Below, piece after piece: positions 44,813 to 63,550 of a stretch of DNA of 64,000 nt. The position numbers were made by a program, and so were the translations under genes. The notes beneath the pieces are model-generated. The model was not told where the DNA came from. It ran no database searches and saw only the letters and a program-made list of their open reading frames with translations. Source of the DNA: Eledone cirrhosa (lineage: Eukaryota); NCBI GenBank assembly GCA_964016885.1, contig OZ024742.1:66836001-66900000 (forward strand), read 5' to 3'. Position 1 is the first letter of the stretch. Each line of letters opens with the position of its first letter.

Positions 44813-45763
44813 CGTAAAATAAGAAAATACTTTTTAAAAAAAATTTTTTAAAAATTTTTTACTTACTTACTTAAATTTTCACTCCAACTAATTAGTTTCT
44901 GCAATGGGATAAAGACAGTTACATAATCCAACTGTCGAGAATTCATTGCGTCATCAGGGAGTCTATTAATAGATTATGTAACTGTCTTTATCCCATTGCA
45001 GAAACTAATTAGTTGGAGTGAAAATTTAAGTAAGTAAGTAAAAAATTTTTTTTAAATTTTTTTAAAAAGTATTTTCTTATTTTACGTCTTTTATATTATT
45101 GTTCTGCACCCTCCTGCATTGAACCACCTAGGTACTATGACATAACCTGTGTATTTGCTGGCATGGACGTACATCTGTGCGCCTATGTTAGTTGATATAT
45201 TAAATTATCTATATTTATCTCCAAATCACTGATTTGTCGAGCAAACCTGCCAAAACAACTTCAAAATTTTTTTTGGGGTGTTAGTAGGCGTCAGTCATCT
45301 TACCATCCCATTCCTTCTAACTAGCCTCTATGTCACGTGATTGATTCTTTAGAATCGGCCATTTGACTGGAAACATTGAGAATTTCAGTACATAGAATCC
45401 AGTCCTCGCCTAGCTGTTCTTTCTACCGAATTAATTATTTTTATATGAGCCGCCAGTGTCCGCGCATTGCCTGGAGGCTCAGCTGAGAATAGACTCCCTG
45501 ATGACGCAATGAATTCTCGACAGTTGGATTATGTAACTGTCTTTATCCCATTGCAGAAACTAATTAGTTGGAGTGAAAATTTAAGTAAGTAAGTAAAAAA
45601 TTTAAAAAAATTTTTTTTTAAAAAGTATTTTCTTATTTTACGTCTTTTATATTATTGTTCTGCACCCTCCTGCATTGAACCACCTAGGTACTATGACATA
45701 ACCTGTGTATTTGCTGGCATGGACGTACATCTGTGCGCCTATGTTAGTTGATATATTAAATTA

Positions 45764-45768
<5 letters not shown>
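44806..45768 (+). mobile_element. Retrozyme-like non-coding element: inverted 5' arm + 1.4 tandem copies of a 555-bp unit
   Basis: 44972-45212 repeats almost exactly at 45527-45767; 44806-44967 is the reverse complement of about 45488-45652; (TA)n flanks; no ORF. Confidence 0.85.
45493..45574 (+). ncRNA. Canonical hammerhead ribozyme with extended stem II (mirror 44881-44962 on minus)
   Basis: actcc-CTGATGA-cgcaatg..gacagtt..aactgtc..cattgca-GAAA-ctaattag-TT-ggagt. Confidence 0.9.
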
Positions 45769-45799
<31 letters not shown>

Positions 45800-47619
45800 C
45801 GTGCACGTTTGTGTGTATGTTTGTATTTGTGAGTGTGTGTGTATGCTTGTATGTATGTACACATACATGAATTAGAAAACAGTAAAATCACATCAACGCT
45901 ACCATCATCATCACCTTCTTCAACATCTTCATCAACAACAAGAAGAAATTCAAGGCTAACATTACCAACTGTCAATTATCATGTTTCCTGCATTCCTACC
46001 ATTCTTTTGGGTCCCTGGAGACGTACATAACCTTTGTGCTTCAATCCTACGACTAGCACTACGTTTTGCTGGGCCATCAGTAGTCTTTGCAACCTTATAT
46101 GCAATCTACAGTAATATAGCTCCCTTTATCTAAGGTCTGAATGCAACCTTTCCTATCCCGCTCCAACGAAGATGCAATATGACTGTCTTTAGTGTTTCCG
46201 GCCTTATCGTAGTGTTGGTGGTCTTATTCTCGCTCATCACTAATTTGGGACTTTTCACAAACCCGCTTTTTTAGAGTCTAGTTTTTCCCTCTTCGTAGTA
46301 GCCACATCCCTTGACTGTGGACGGTTTCTAGGCAGCTAACGTCCATTGCTCCATCTCCCCTGGTTTGTACATATACGGTTGCCCTATTGCTATCCGCCAC
46401 CTGCGACCCGTTTTCTAACGGAACATCTCTGCCGAGAATTATATATTTTCTTTATCAAAATATGTAACATAATATTTTTTTATTTTTTGTTTATCTTATA
46501 TCAGCACACCAATAAATAGAATGCCATCCATTACCATCCCATACAATTGACTTTTTGTGCATTGACTATATTACAATAGTTTGAATAATATATTCTCACA
46601 TATGCCAGAGACTGATGTATGATTTAAGGGCAAATTAATTGCACTTTTGAGCAATGAGAGCGATCATCGACAACTTCTCCCATTAGAGAATTCTGTTATT
46701 GTACTAGCTGAACTTTGATGTCAAGAATGTACGGTGTCTTCTCACACTTAGATAAATAATGTATGTGTGTATATGCATATTCGTGTCTTTAGGCACACTA
46801 GTAAATATATATAAACAATACACTTATTTACTGATGTGAAAGACAAACGCCTTCTCTATCACACACACATACGTTCAACATACGTTTAGTACAATCTCTA
46901 CTGATTATTCCCCCTCCCCCCATCCCCAATTCTCTCTCTCTTGCTCGCTCGCTCTCCTACTCGTTCTCATCCATACGAACAGAGATCCAGATATAACTTC
47001 TCTTTACAGCAATTGGTCGTCATTATGATGATGTTAGATGTAGTAGCGTTGGAAGATAGTTGATTGAGAGGTTTAGATGAAAAATGATTGGAGACATTGA
47101 TGGATGTGTGTGTAAAGAAAAATAGTAGTATAGAAAGATGGATTAGAGGGTGGGAGAACTACTATAATGAAAGAGAAAGTAAACGAAGCACAATAAGAAA
47201 GAAAAGAGGGTGAGGGTGGGAGTAGTTGGTTAACAAAAACTAGGTCGTTGATCATGTACAGTTGGTTCAATATTGAACTTGGTATTCGATGATATGAAAG
47301 AAAGAGTGGATAAATTACTAAAGTTTGGCAGCAATGGTTACAAGAACCACTACTACAGCAATGATAATATCTTTAACTGTAGGAAGAATAACAATAATTA
47401 CAATAAGAGACACAATAGTAACAATAACAACGATAACAACAGAAAACATCACAAAACATCAACAACAAACACAATTTAAACCAAACCACTCTAGCATCGA
47501 TCATCATTGCCAAAATAGGCCGTGATGTCTATTTTATCTGTTTGAAATGTTTCACCAATACTTTATTCGAGGTTTCTTTATACACACATCAATCTATCCA
47601 ATCATACCTACATACTCAC

Positions 47620-48640
47620 ACATATATACATCAATCTGGTTATCTCCTTCTCCAGCCTCACAGCCAGAGACCACTATGCTATTCCATCTTTCTCTGTCTC
47701 TGGCAAGGGTTGCTGGTTGAAACGAGTTCGTGCCACACCTGTGAAGATGTTCCTTTAGAATGGATCTCCAGGTCATCTTTGGACAACCTTTCGGTCATTT
47801 CCCACCAGCCGGCATACAGCAAATTGCAGGTATATTGTCTCCCATTCGTAAAATATGCCCTGGCAGATGCATTCTTCTGCTATGGATGACAAAACTCATG
47901 ATTGTGGTATTGGTTCTTTGAAGCACCTCTCTGTGTGTGACCTCGTCTTGCCATCTAATTCCTAGCATCTTTCTGAGACATGTCTGTTGGAAAGTATAGA
48001 GGGTTTTCCATGTGTTAGCAGCCTAGGTTGTTGCTAAGATATCAATTGACCAGAATAACTTCAATTTCCTTTGCTATGTGAGCTTCTTTTATTTCCATAT
48101 TGGCTGAATATTCCAGCACGTTTGGCTATTCTTTGTTTTATGTCAACTTCAGTATTGCCATCTGCTATCCAAACGCTGCCAGGATATGTGAAGTGTTGAA
48201 ATTCTACGATCTGTTTTGTCATTGACTGAGACCTCATATGCTTCAGAGCAGCAGCTTTCTAAATTTTGTTTTTGATATATTTACACTCTAGGCAACATTT
48301 TCACCCGTTTCAACCAGGGCATTTGTTATTGCCTGCATTTCTATGCAATCAATTGTTGGTGAGGGGAGGCTACGTCATCAACAAAGTCTAACTCCACCGG
48401 CTTTAGGCTTTCCCATTTGAACCCATATTCACAGGTATCCAAGAGTTTTCTCAGAACGTAATCCAAGATAATCAAGTAAACGAATGGAGATAAGATGCAT
48501 CTCTGTTGCACACCCTATAATATTGGAAATTATTCAGTAAATCCTGATTCTATGGTTACACAGCATCTTAAGTCTTGAAAAAGGGACAGAGTTTGTTATG
48601 GCGAAAGGACACCATAGATCTGGAGAATCATCCAGAGTGA
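47620..48640 (-). mobile_element. Decayed RTE/LINE reverse transcriptase 3' half
   Basis: Minus: GVQQRCILSPF..IILDYVLRK, ELDFVDDVA, FQHFTYPGS..DGNTEVDIKQRIAK, CLRKMLGIRWQDEVT. Confidence 0.85.
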
Positions 48641-49438
48641 TTGGCAGTGTATACACATATGTTTTAAGTCATCATAATTTAACACTACTCGGATTCTATA
48701 CTCCAGTAGTTGCATCAGTGATGTTCCTTCGTGTGAATATTTGTTAATTGCTTGATATTCCATTTCGAAAATCTGACTGTTCATTGCGTTGTTAACTACC
48801 AACCCAACAACAATACACATTTCTTCACCATGAGTGACAATGATAGGATTTACATAAGACATAGAACATGGAAACAGATCTATAACGTGTGACCAAAACG
48901 ACAAAGAGTGCTGAGTAATTTCACTGAGAACAGAATATTCTGTAGTTAATCGAGAAATGAATAAATACCTCAGAAGTATATTCGACACGTTGACAATAAG
49001 TAAAATACGCATGAATAGGTACTCGGTTAGTTCTGCAGTTGTTTGTGTGTCGTGTGTGTGTTGTTAAACATGTATGAGGATGAGCATATGTCTGTGTGTA
49101 TATCTGTGTTTGTACAGGATAGTGACAACAAAGAGAGGAAACAAGGCCAAATAACGGATTTAGGTGGCATGATTTATATTATCGGCCGAAATAAGAGGTG
49201 TTATAAAGTAGGGTATACGGCACTCGAAATCTAGGTGACGATTATTCAAGTTATCTCTTCAGAATTTTCAAACAGAATCTGCAATATAATTTTATATATG
49301 TTTTCCTAAAGCATATGTTAACTACGTCTTCATTTGGTATGTCAAGTGAAACATATGTACTAAAAAAAACATATATATATATATATATGTTATATATATA
49401 CATTATATATACATTATATATACATTATATACATATAT

Positions 49439-49476
<38 letters not shown>

Positions 49477-49897
49477 CATATATGTGTGTGTATGTGTGTG
49501 TGTGTGCGTGTGTCTGTGTGTATATTTATTACATATATATGTATGTATATATTATATACATACACACACACATATATATACATATATATATTATTATATA
49601 TATGTGTGTGTATAGTAAGGGATCAATACTTACTTAATATGTATGATGATCGTGTTTCTCAATAAATAACTTTGTTGAGGGAATCACTTATTTAAATTTA
49701 AAAGATATATGTAGAGAGTAGGAATCATATATCTTTTGACAAACACATAGCATTGTATACCCCCCCCCCCCCCCACACACACACACATATATATGTATGC
49801 GTGTGTATATATAGATATATATAGCAAATATTATTCAGGAATATGTACATACTTTAAGATGGTATAAAAGATTTTCCTTACAGTGCTGCTTCATTGA

Positions 49898-50437
<540 letters not shown>

Positions 50438-50455
50438 GTATATATATATATACAT

Positions 50456-50605
50456 GGCTTCTACAGGGCTAGGACTGTTTCATTCCGAATGAAACAGTTC
50501 TAGTCTTATAGAAGCCATTTCTATATTGAATATTTATATTTTTATATTGTGGTATTTTTGAGTAGCTTACTTGCTGTGGTTCACCCCGATTGAACTCCGG
50601 ATACA
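50456..50605 (+). mobile_element. Small fold-back pseudo-LTR fragment; family also at 5412-5510
   Basis: ggcttctacagggctaggactgtttcattc-c-gaatgaaacagttctagtcttatagaagcc hairpin; shared tail ctgtggtt..ccccgattgaactc.ggata. Confidence 0.65.
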
Positions 50606-50610
50606 CACAT

Positions 50611-50695
<85 letters not shown>

Positions 50696-51311
50696 ACTGT
50701 ATGTATGTGTGTGTGTCTGTGTGTGTGTGTATGTGTGTCTGTTATTTACTATTTTCTTTTATACGTTAACTAGCTTCATTCATTTTGCTCGGAACGCGCT
50801 GGATATGTATATAAGTGGGTATATGTGTGATTGTGTGTATGTGTTAGAATGTGTACGTGTGGTAGTGTATGCATATGTGTGGCGTGTATTTATATAAGTA
50901 GGGTCATTTTAAGAAGCAACGTATGATAAAAAAAACTGAATGTAGGTGAAGTTGCATAAAATAAACACATTATTTTTGTTATAATTTATTAAAATTTTAG
51001 AGACTAACAAGTACAATAGAACATATTTTTAGTATGACCTAATATAGAAGCAATGTTTGTACGGAACATTCGAAAATGTCTTAGAGGAATGACGCATTCG
51101 GAAGGTAATGTCAAAGAAAAAGTTTCTGGAAAAGAAAACCATTGCAAATCCTTCATATAAATTTGTAAATTATAAGGCTATATTTATATGATGGCATCGT
51201 AATAAATTTCCCGTGATTTTAATATCCTGAGGACGATAAACTAAGCACAATCACACCCACATACAAACACACACACAAACGCACACACACATAGACACAC
51301 ATACACACACA

Positions 51312-54956
<3,645 letters not shown>

Positions 54957-55784
54957 ATATATAACTATAAAAAGTTTTAGTATATACATAACCATAAATA
55001 GTATCCTTAATATTTATATATATATACATAAAATGCGGACGAAACCATGGTAGAGGTAACTAAATTTGTTCCCTTTTCTCCTACTTTATTTTACACCTAA
55101 TTCTGTTTAATTGACTGTATATCTGGGCGATTCATACACGCTGTCGAAATACTCGATAAATATTCCGTCGCATCTGGCGCGAAGGGCTGCTTTCGGTTAT
55201 TTGTCGAAGATTTCTTCATAAAGCCTTTATTCTTATAGCTTGGTCTGATCGATTTTTTATATGGTTAATTACGCTAATTGGGAGAGTAAATGGTATATAT
55301 TTTATCTGGTGATTCTATAGACATGTTTTATGATATAATATATATATATATATATATATACATACATATATATATATATACATACACACACATGTTTCCT
55401 GTTACCTTTAGTATCGGATGTTGCTATTATTTGTAGTAATTAGCATACATGCTGACAACATTTTATTCATAGTTGTCCGCTCTAATAGTGTGAGCCAACC
55501 TTCTTCTTCTTCTTCTTCTTCTTCTTCTTCTTCTTCTTCTTCTTCTATCTCTCCTTCTCAAGTAAGGTAGGTCAAGCTAGTGGATGCTATCCAACTCTCT
55601 TCGTCGGGATCTAAGTGTGGATTTCCTGTTGGTTGCTAGAATTCACTCTAAGGACAAAAATTTATATTTTGCATAATTAAGTGTGTAGTGACTAGCTACA
55701 TGTTGTTCGACCTAAGTTGCCTAAGTTCAAACAATAAACACACACACATACACCCAGACACCCAGACACCCAGACACACACCCA

Positions 55785-55983
<199 letters not shown>

Positions 55984-56151
55984 CTATTTATATCTATTCT
56001 CTCTATACATATGATGAAGTTTTTGTCTCCGAAATTTTAAGACTCTACGATATGGAGTATTAAACTGAAATTAATATGTGTGCTTATTGTGTTACGAAAT
56101 ATGATTTCCTGTTTGTGCTTAGTTATATATGTATGCATGTATGTATGTATG

Positions 56152-56216
<65 letters not shown>

Positions 56217-57181
56217 ATATAGTGACGAAACATAAGTCAATTGCATGAACTTATAATCCTTTATTTACTGCTATATATATTTTGATGATAGCCATTGAAT
56301 GGCTATGATCTCATCAGGCAATTAGTCAGTTCCTAGATATGCCAGCTCTGTGTTTATAGTGTTGATTGGATCAGAGCCTTGGGAAATATGAGCTTGTTAG
56401 GAATAATTTAATGTTGTCAGCAGGAATAGTCTTAATTCTCATTGGTCAGTTTGTAGATGCTAGTAGGGTTGGTATTTGACCTCAAAGAGGCAGGTGGTGT
56501 TGTAAAGTTCAAACCGTCAGGCAAGATGACAATAGTTCCATATGACTGATTTTCACAAAAAGCATTCCTGGTCAGGTATATATTCAATTAAGGTTAATAG
56601 TATGAAATAGCTAATACAGGTATTTCTTAAATTGGGGAATTTATGTGGAGTGGTGCTAGTGAAAATTATGGTTAGAGTAGAAAATTTACAAATAAAAAGA
56701 CTTATGTTGGTTCGCTTGCACGTACACTAACACCCACCTCCATAGACAGACACACACTCACACCCAGCTCCACAGACACACACACACATCAAGACATACA
56801 AATTGAGGAATTAATGAATTAATATGGGGTGTTAATACTTAAAATAATGGTTAGAGTCAAATACTTAGATAGTTTAGAACATTTAGAAATAAAATGCTTA
56901 TGTTGGTTGACTTGTACATACACTCACACCTACCCCCCCAGACACACACACATCTACACACACAAATTCATACAGGTGTGTATATATATATATACGTACG
57001 CACAAGTATATATATACATATAAAATATATATATATATATATATATAAAACACATATATATATTAAAAAAATATATATATACATAAAATACATATACATA
57101 TATAAAATATATATACACATAAAATGCATACATACATAATATATACATACATATATATATATAAAATACATATATATATAA

Positions 57182-57266
<85 letters not shown>

Positions 57267-57275
<9 letters not shown>

Positions 57276-57697
57276 AGATCAAAAGATGGTTAAAGGAGTT
57301 CAATATATTTTATTATGCGCATTTCAAAAACAAACATCATCAAACAATAATATTTGTGTTTTCATCAGATAAAACAGGAGAACATGATATGAAGGCTAAA
57401 AAAACACTTGTTGATAGTGCAGTTTTAAATCAACATATCAACATATGTTGATTTAAAACTGCACTATCAACAAGTGTTTTTTTTAGCCTTCATATCATGT
57501 TCTCCTGTTTTATCTGATGAAAACACAAATATTATTGTTTGATGATGTTTGTTTTTGAAATGCGCATAATAAAATATATTGAACTCCTTTAACCATCTTT
57601 TGATCTTATATTATGCATACTCCAGTCCCACAAACTGTAGAGTGCTTCTTATCCGATATCTGCATTGCTTTATTGTACTACAATAAAACTCACCTCC

Positions 57698-57700
<3 letters not shown>
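57267..57700. mobile_element. Near-perfect fold-back pseudo-LTR palindrome (about 172-bp arms, centre near 57441, ~85-nt tail)
   Basis: Arms differ only in an A/T-run length as far as I can see; (TA)n flanks. Confidence 0.9.
57508..57574 (+). ncRNA. Canonical minimal hammerhead ribozyme (mirror 57308-57374 on minus)
   Basis: ttttat-CTGATGA-long AU/GU stem II-GAAA-tgcgca-TA-ataaaa. Confidence 0.88.
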
Positions 57701-57760
<60 letters not shown>

Positions 57761-58432
57761 CACATATATACACATATAAAATATATATATATATATTATC
57801 TTGACTCTGTTTTCCGTTTACTTTTCACCGAAAGTAGTTTTTGAATGCATCTTCTCTTTTCATGATATCCGGATTACATTGAGTTCTTCATACGGATTGG
57901 ACACTACCGTAAACTTTCGGTAGATTTATCTACATATATATATATATATATATATATAAAATCAGGTTCAATAAAACGTGGTTTTAATGATTCCTAACCA
58001 GTAGAGGATCCGGTGGACCATCCACCATAGGGACCACAAACTATGTGTGGTTGTTGTTGTCCATTGGTCATTGGTACGGGGTGTAGGGGACCTACACACC
58101 GTACCAATGACAAATTTTGTTTCATTCTTTTCCATTTATCGTTTTCGGTACGACCGGCCGACTAACTCACTCGATATGCAAATTAGGCTGCTCAGCCGTT
58201 AATGTGCATAAGGAATGTATATACTTCAAACGTCAATCATCTGACAGAAAGGTATACGATGCTGACAATAGCTAATAATTTTGAAACTAGTACATCGTTC
58301 CTGTGTCAGTGTTGAACAAAAGGGCGACGATGGTAGCCGAGTATTGTACGGAATAATTCGGGCTGTTTGTCTACAAACAAACTGAACATTGTATGAACGT
58401 ATACATACTTATATATATATATATATAAATCA

Positions 58433-58812
58433 ACATCATCATCAAGTCGAGCATGCTCGGCCTTCTACGACACGTTTCCTCCATCCATTTCTGTCTCTCA
58501 TAGCGTGTGCTAGTTCTTTCGCAGTGCATCCAGTATCGTCCTCAAGTTGTATTGACGTATGTATTCATGGGACGACCTGCTTTTCTTGCTCCATGAGATG
58601 GTCTCCACAACAACACATAGCCTGCTATTTCGTCCATGCTTCTGTTGAATATGTTCTTGTTTACGGCTCTATCTCTTGGAGGCTAACGTCAAAACTGGAG
58701 AAAAAGCTAGACGGCGCATACACACGTATGCCCCGTGCTGCTTTAAACGTATCTTGGAGGGAACACCCAACAAATAAGGATCTCTATGGCATTATACCGC
58801 CCATCAGCAAGT

Positions 58813-58816
<4 letters not shown>
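58433..58816 (-). mobile_element. RTE-type LINE 3' end with 5' inversion
   Basis: Minus 58433-58637: DEIAGYVLLWRPSHGARKAGRPMNTYV + (TGA)n tail. Plus 58638-58816: SVEYVLVYGSISWRLT..KKLDGAYTRMPRAALNVSWREHPTNKDLYG..PPISKS. Confidence 0.85.
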
Positions 58817-58876
<60 letters not shown>

Positions 58877-58943
58877 TTAGGTTTGTCTCTGTCTCTGATT
58901 TCTCGGACCAATGGTTTTTTACATATTCCTTTGTTATATTCCA

Positions 58944-59001
58944 ATACCTGATGATATCACCGGATTCAAATGGAACCCGGTCATTGAAATGATCATAGTA
59001 T
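58944..59001 (+). ncRNA. Canonical hammerhead ribozyme in a pseudo-LTR fragment (58875-59052)
   Basis: atac-CTGATGA-tatc accgg attc..gaac ccggt catt-GAAA-tgatca-TA-gtat. Confidence 0.8.
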
Positions 59002-59070
59002 AATAAACCTTTCAAGGATTTACACCAGTCCAGCCTCCTGTTATTTTATTTCATATATATATATATATAT

Positions 59071-59415
59071 TATTAGAAAATGAGTTTTTTTTTACAAAAT
59101 GAAAAATAACCGAGGTGTCCTACACGAGTGAAAGTATAAGAAAAAAAAGATGAAATCGAAAATGCAACAGGAATCTTATTTAAAATATATATATATATTT
59201 ATTTGGTTCCTTTACCGGTTTCGTAGTTCTGCTTTTCAAAAGTAGAGTTGAGATGGAGCGTCTGTGGTTTTTGTGAAAAACCACAGATCCTCCATCTCAA
59301 CTCTACGTTTGAAAAGCAGAAGAACTGCGAAACCGGTAAAGGAACCAAATAAATATATATATAGTTTTTTAAAATAAGATTCCAGTTTCATTTTCCATTT
59401 CATCTTTTCTTCTTT
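59071..59415. mobile_element. Fold-back pseudo-LTR palindrome (arms 59135-59272 / 59276-59415, loop gtg) with U3-A8 HHRs
   Basis: Plus-arm HHR 59306-59341 TTGAAAA-gcag aagaa ctgc-GAAA-ccgg-TA-aag; ~65-nt tail at left. Confidence 0.85.
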
Positions 59416-59435
59416 ATATATATATATATATATAA

Positions 59436-59545
<110 letters not shown>

Positions 59546-59549
59546 TAAA

Positions 59550-60015
59550 TTTGAAGACTAAAATCCAAAGAGGGCTCGATAAGGATAAATATATATCAAA
59601 TATATAAGAACCGTAGAACAAGGTCTTGTCTTTGCGTGTAATTGTTCCCCCCGCATCACATAATGACCTATTATCTTCGTTTGTTCCGTTCATTGCCAGG
59701 GAAAGTCTCCACGAACCACCTACTAGAATATTAGTCTACGACTTCCTTTATACCATGAACGTGGTTTTGTCTTTGCGTGTAATTGTTTTCACCGCTCCAA
59801 ATAATGACGTATTATCTTCGGTTTTTTTTTCGCTCTTTGCCAGGGAACGTTTCCACGAACCAAAAGTATCGTCTTTCGGTATTCCTTTGGTTGCAACGCT
59901 TTTCAAAATATTTACTTCTGCGTTCGCAGATTGATTTTTTTTAGTCTCAGAAGATCCCGTTAAGGGTGAAAGCATCGATTCTTTGCTTAATCTTTAATTT
60001 GTTATTTTAATAAAT
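59550..60015 (+). mobile_element. Non-coding pseudo-LTR element with inverted tail (59550-59620) and CAGAAGA HHR-like motif (59943-59993)
   Basis: 59550-59620 matches 26021-26085 directly, while 59625-60015 matches 26088-26470 in reverse. Confidence 0.8.
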
Positions 60016-60016
60016 A

Positions 60017-60087
<71 letters not shown>

Positions 60088-60226
60088 CATATATATATAT
60101 GTATATATGTATATATATGTATATATATGTATATATATATATATATGTATATATATATGTATATATATATGTATATATATATGTATATATATATGTATAT
60201 ATATATGTATATATATATATGTATAT

Positions 60227-60290
<64 letters not shown>

Positions 60291-60430
60291 GTATATATAT
60301 ATGTATATATATATATATATGTATATATATATGTATATATATATTTATATATATGTTTATATATATTTATATATATAAAAAGTGAGAGAGAGAGAGAGTG
60401 ATTGAGAGAGAGAGAGATAGAAAGAGAGAG

Positions 60431-60486
<56 letters not shown>

Positions 60487-61299
60487 CGAGCGAGACATAT
60501 ATGAATACATATGTATGTATTTAATTATTCTAAAGTGAGTTATAATGCAATTCAAAAGACGAATGTTACAAAATATACTCACTTCTCCGCAGGATATTTT
60601 ACATTACTGCAAAGATTCGTCTCGCCCAGAGCTCAAGTTTTCAAGATGAATAGATAACAACATCAACAACAGAAAGAAAACAATAGAAAGTAAGAGAATT
60701 GTACTAGAAAATAAAGAGAACAGAAAAGTGGTCCTCTAGAAAAAAAATGATAAGGTGTACCACTTTGAAAAATAGTAAAAATGTGAAATAAGATTCCCTG
60801 AATAGCAATAAATATTATTTTGCTACGTTTATTGAATCTCAAATAAAACCACAATAAAGAAAAATGTAATTTCACAGCCATTTTTATTTATATCTTTTTA
60901 AAATATTTATGGCAGTAAATGTATGGAAGCGAAACGAGAAAATAACGGAAAACGAAGTTAAATAAATAAAGTGCAAAATGCCTCGTGGTTCGTTTGCGAC
61001 GTTTATACATTAGAAAAATCAAATAAAAAAAATATATCTTTAAGTAAGCTTATAAATATAACGTCGAGATTGGCAACATTTCCGACAATAGGCACGATTC
61101 TCAAGTTTGTGAAAATGATGACATTCGACTAAATCTATAATAAGGAAAATAATCAGGAACAACTACAATATTATTTTTATTCTTATTATTGTTATTTGAA
61201 ACTTCCTTTGAATTCTGCTTCTTTCCCATATGCTTGTGTCAACCTGATACCTGGAGCAAAATTTGGTACTACTCACATATTGAAAATCAATTATAATAC

Positions 61300-62270
61300 A
61301 AATGATGCAATAAGGGCTTAGACAACAGTAAGGTATTTACTTTCATAATGCCCTCCTCAGGACATTAACAGTGTCAGTCAGCACCAATTTTTGTATCTTT
61401 AGTAGGGATGGATTTCCAACTATCTCGTCAGAATATTTTTCAGTTTCCTTTTATATCATTCCAAATGTACCGACTCTGGCTTTAAGGTGACACATTTCCT
61501 CAATTTCAATTGTCAGATCTTTATATTTGTTGGGCTTTCGGAACTCTTCAATTTGTTACGATCTGATGGAATGCTTATGTCACAATTATATCTGGCCTTG
61601 ATTGTTCTATCAGTGTTCACAGAGGAATCTTATACGATTGTCATATTCTCTCCACCTGTTATTCCATCTGGGTAGTACCACAAAACCGGTCTAAATAAAA
61701 CCCGGTGTAAAGTTTCCCTGTTCTATTTTGCCTCATTTTATATTCATGGCGTAGTCAATGGCCCCAACATGCTCATCGCACAATCAAAACTTTGTGTCAG
61801 TTCCGTTTCTGATCATATTGGCTTGAAAGATGCGCGTTCATAGACGATCGTATTGTGCTGCCTATATGAAGTCCTTACTCTCGACTTTTAGCACAGAACA
61901 CCGCAGCCACTGATGGGTGAGGGCCTGATCTACATCAGGTTCTTTATTGCGGAGAATATACGATCCACCCAATAGTATTTTTCTCCCATTTAGTGCACAG
62001 TCTCTGTTGACCTTAATGTTTTGCCAACATTTTGATATTCTTTGCAGTTTTAATAGCAGAATCACCATCATTTTCAATGTATTCCCAATTCTTCCAAAAC
62101 TTTCCAACTTTCGTTCATGATCACCCACTTTCAGCATCCAGTTAATTCTAGTATTAAGGTACTGTTTGTGTCCAATGTTTGATATTCTGCATTACATTTC
62201 AAGTTGGATCATTCCTCTAAATCCATTTGTCTAGGGAAATAGGGACGCTCGATGACTGGTTTTCGCTTAT
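61300..62270 (-). mobile_element. Decayed RLE-type (R4/Dong-like) LINE 3' half
   Basis: LGGSYILR..VDQALTHQWLR..LKVESKDFI*AAQ..TRIFQANMIRNGTDTK; later GENMTIV..TDRTIKA..DISIPSDRN. Confidence 0.8.
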
Positions 62271-62272
62271 AT

Positions 62273-62405
<133 letters not shown>

Positions 62406-62782
62406 TTTAGGTTTGTTGGTTCACCCCTGGATAGAACTGGTCATTCCGTATAGTCAACCATGACGTAATATTAAGAAAAGCACTCGACGTAATGCAACTC
62501 ATTGATCTTCGTTTATGTTGAATCTTGTTGGTGGAGCATAATGTTTATAATAAATCTTTAAGGAATTTCGCTAGCCCAGCCTCCTGTCATTTTACTCAAT
62601 TAAATATATAAATAGATAAATAAATGCCATTGTTAATTAATAAATAAATCAACTAATACCTTAACACTTCACACAAAGTAAAATATTTCGTTTTAATCAT
62701 TTTCTAACCCAGAAAAAAGAGGCAGAAATAAAAAGGGAAACAAATATATATTTCTTCCTAATAATCGTCTCTTTCTCCCTGT

Positions 62783-62838
<56 letters not shown>

Positions 62839-62841
62839 ATT

Positions 62842-62988
62842 ATTTCTACATTAGGCACAAGGCCAGCAATTACCCAGTGTATTACTGGTACTTTATTTTA
62901 TCGAGCCCGTAAGGATGAAAGGCAAAGTTAACCTCGGCGAGATTTGAACTCAGAATGGCAAGGGCCGTAACTCTATGCGTCAAAGCAT
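62842..62988 (-). mobile_element. tRNA-derived SINE, short variant
   Basis: Same family motifs. Confidence 0.85.
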
Positions 62989-63042
62989 ATAATAATAAAA
63001 TGACAGGAGGCTGGATTTGTGTAAATCCTTGAAAGGTTTATT

Positions 63043-63100
63043 ATACTATGATCATTTCAATGACCGGGTTCCGTATGAATCCGGTGATATCATCAGGTAT
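63043..63100 (-). ncRNA. Canonical hammerhead ribozyme, second copy of the 58944 family (element about 62990-63318)
   Basis: Minus: atac-CTGATGA-tatc accgg attc atacg gaac ccggt catt-GAAA-tgatca-TA-gtat. Confidence 0.8.
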
Positions 63101-63315
63101 TCGAAATATAATACGTGAATGTAATAGGTAAAATCCATGGGGCTGAAAATCGAGACCCGAGGGCGACCGCTATTCTGTTCCTTCAACCTCAGCCGGTCGC
63201 CCTGGAGTGACGTGGCTAAATTTTATAGTATGCTACTACCGGTCAGATGAACGAAAACAGAAAGGGATGGGAGCATAAGTTAACGTCGATCCCATGACAC
63301 AAGGTAAAAGAAACC

Positions 63316-63550
<235 letters not shown>

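Noticed and set aside
60588-60655. Possible short host exon after ccgcag
   Set aside because: Under 25 codons, no recognisable domain or partner exons; cannot be supported without RNA data. Small exons elsewhere cannot be excluded.
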